Positions 60,342 to 64,000 of a stretch of DNA of 64,000 nucleotides are shown in pieces (the first letter of the stretch is position 1; each line of letters starts with the position of its first letter). The notes under the pieces are model-generated. The model was given only the letters and a program-made list of their open reading frames with translations, was not told where the DNA came from and searched no databases. The translations under genes were made by a program, and so were the position numbers. This DNA comes from Vicugna vicugna (taxonomy: Eukaryota). The stretch lies in NCBI GenBank assembly GCA_013265495.1, contig MU060665.1, positions 372,001-436,000 on the forward strand, read 5' to 3'.

Positions 60342-60862
60342 CCTTTCTTTTCTTTTTTTAATTGAAGTATAATGAGTTTACAATGTTGTATCAATTTCTG
60401 GTGTACAGCATCATGTTTCAGTCATACATACACATACATATGTTCCTTTTCATATTTTTTTTCCTGATAAGTTACTATAAGATACTGAATAGTTTCCTGT
60501 GTTATACAGTAAAAACCTGTTGTTTATTTTATATATGGTAGTTAGTATCTGCAAATCTCGAACTCCCAACTTATCCCTTCTCATCCCTTCCCCCTGCTGG
60601 TAACCATAAGTTTGTTTACTATGTCTATGAGTCTGGTTCTGTTTTGTAAATAGGTTCATCTGTGTCTTGTTTGTTTGTTTGAATTCCACATATGCAACAT
60701 CATACAGTATTTTTCTTTCTCTTTCTGGCTTCCTCCAGAAATGATGATCTCCAGGTCCATCCATCTTTCAGCAAGTGGCATTATTTTATTCTTTTTTATG
60801 GCTGAGTACTATTCCATTGAGTATATATACCACAACTTCTTTATCCAATCATCTGTCAATGG
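60342..60862 (-). mobile_element. 5'-truncated L1 3' end
   Basis: T-rich start, L1 3' UTR and 13-bp TSD AGAATTGAG(G/T)CTT at 60329-60341 and 60863-60875. Confidence 0.88.
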
Positions 60863-60903
60863 AGAATTGAGTCTTGCTTTCTCATTTATCCTCATAATCA
60901 CTG

Positions 60904-62660
<1,757 letters not shown>

Positions 62661-62879
62661 TGCTGCCTTTTAGTTGGAGTGATTTCCCATTAACTTACAA
62701 AGTAATATCTGTACGGTTGGATTTATATTTATCATTTTGTTATTTATTTTCTATTTTTCCTCCCTTGTTTGTTCCTCTCCCTTTGGTTTCTTCCTTTTGG
62801 ATTATTTGAATGTTTTCTAGCATTTCATTCTCATTTACCTGTTGGATTTTTAGCTCTACCTCTGCAGTTTTTAGTGGTT

Positions 62880-63110
62880 GTTTTAGAACATTGGCTTTTA
62901 ACAGGGAGGCATTTGCCCCTCAGGGGACAGTTGGCAATGTTTGGAGACAGTTTTGTTTGGTGACATTTTTATTGCAACAACTGCAAGAGCGATGCTACTG
63001 GCATTTAGTGGGTTGAGGCCAGGAATGTTTCTCAACATCCCACAATGCCCAAGGCAGCTCCCCTCAAAGAACAGGGTGGCCAGAAAGTCATTCCTGCCTC
63101 TACTGAGAGA
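62880..63110. mobile_element. MER20-like hAT-Charlie DNA transposon
   Basis: Recalled MER20 motifs (tttgcccctcaggggacagttggcaatgtttggagacagtttt; gctactggcatttagtgggttgaggccagga). Confidence 0.75.
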
Positions 63111-63224
63111 CACTGACTTTTCACAGTGCATTTAGAGTTAGCGTTATACCACTTGTAAAATATGGAAACTCTGCCACTGTATAAGCCCTTTTGCCACCCC
63201 CAGCCTCTGTCCTTTATACCGGAG

Positions 63225-63445
63225 GATGCCAAACCCATGTTTAGTGGGTCCAATGCAGCCTGCTGCCTATTTTCATACAGACAGTTTTACTGGAACACAG
63301 CCATGCCCATTCACTTGCACTTTGTTCACACTGCTTTCATACGACAGTGCAAGGTTGAGTACTTGTCCCAGAGATCCTATGGCCCTCAAATCCAAAATAT
63401 TTACTATGTTGCCCTTTATAGGAAAAGTTTGCTGTCTCCTGCTTC
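63225..63445. mobile_element. MER58A-like hAT-Charlie DNA transposon
   Basis: Recalled motifs (gttttactggaacacagccatgcccattca; aaaatatttactatgttgccctttataggaaaagtttgc). Confidence 0.75.
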
Positions 63446-64000
63446 ATGTTATTTTTGTCATGTGTATTAATTATATCTAGTTATAAAACCCACCTTTGGG
63501 ATTCTGTCTTCATTTTACAGTGGCTTTAGGTGCCCTAAACTCTGTCTCCTGGTTCTTTTGGCCAAGAAACATTGCTGGTTTCCTATCAAAGTTTTAGCTG
63601 CTCTGCACGCAGTACCAACTGCAGCCTGCCCTCAGACTACATGCCGTAAAATGGAATACTTGATTCCATTTTGTTTCCTTCTCCCAAGCATTCACCCGCC
63701 TCCAGAATCTGCCTACCTTCTCCACTCTCTAATGCCTACATGCAGTCCTTTGGTGTGTCTTTTTTTCCTGGAGATTATAGCTCTTACTTATAGAAGGATA
63801 CATTCATAGTTTACTGGGTCATAGTGGAACACATCCAGCTTTAAACATTTTAAAATTTGTTTTAATTTAAAAGTTGTTTTAAAAGACCATAGCAATAAAC
63901 AGGACTCAATACAAAAGAAATCATTTATCCACAATAATCTTTTTTTTCTCCAATTTGCTCAAAGTCCCTTCCAGTTCTTGTCTTTCTTCAGATCCAATTT

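Overview
Mammalian genomic DNA, probably camelid: it carries a tRNA-derived SINE resembling the camelid vic-1 family. The window holds one complete protein-coding gene, QSOX1 (sulfhydryl oxidase 1), on the minus strand. All 12 coding exons were mapped by eye with GT-AG junctions. Their lengths (262/101/46/103/91/146/135/130/123/148/180/773 nt) sum to 2238 nt, or 745 aa plus stop, and the WCGHC, CRDC and CSAC motifs are intact. A GC-AG intron inside exon 12 would give the secreted short isoform ending Leu-Ile-stop (606 aa). A poly(A) signal lies at 1819-1824 and a CpG-island promoter surrounds exon 1. The 24 kb upstream is repeat-rich. It includes a 6.2-kb two-LTR ERV1-like provirus (53296-59529) with degenerate PBS, PPT and gag/env remnants but no recognisable pol, into which a SINE and two different solo LTRs (each with a perfect 4-bp TSD) have inserted. 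It also holds another solo LTR pointing toward QSOX1 and a 5'-inverted L1. There are two N gaps. I found no convincing new gene or wholly new system. The best leads are the nested ERV/LTR cluster, the weak GC-AG donor, a GCCACGTGGC palindrome in the promoter and intronic homeodomain-motif clusters that may be enhancers. Repeat family names and comparisons with human come from recall, not from searches.
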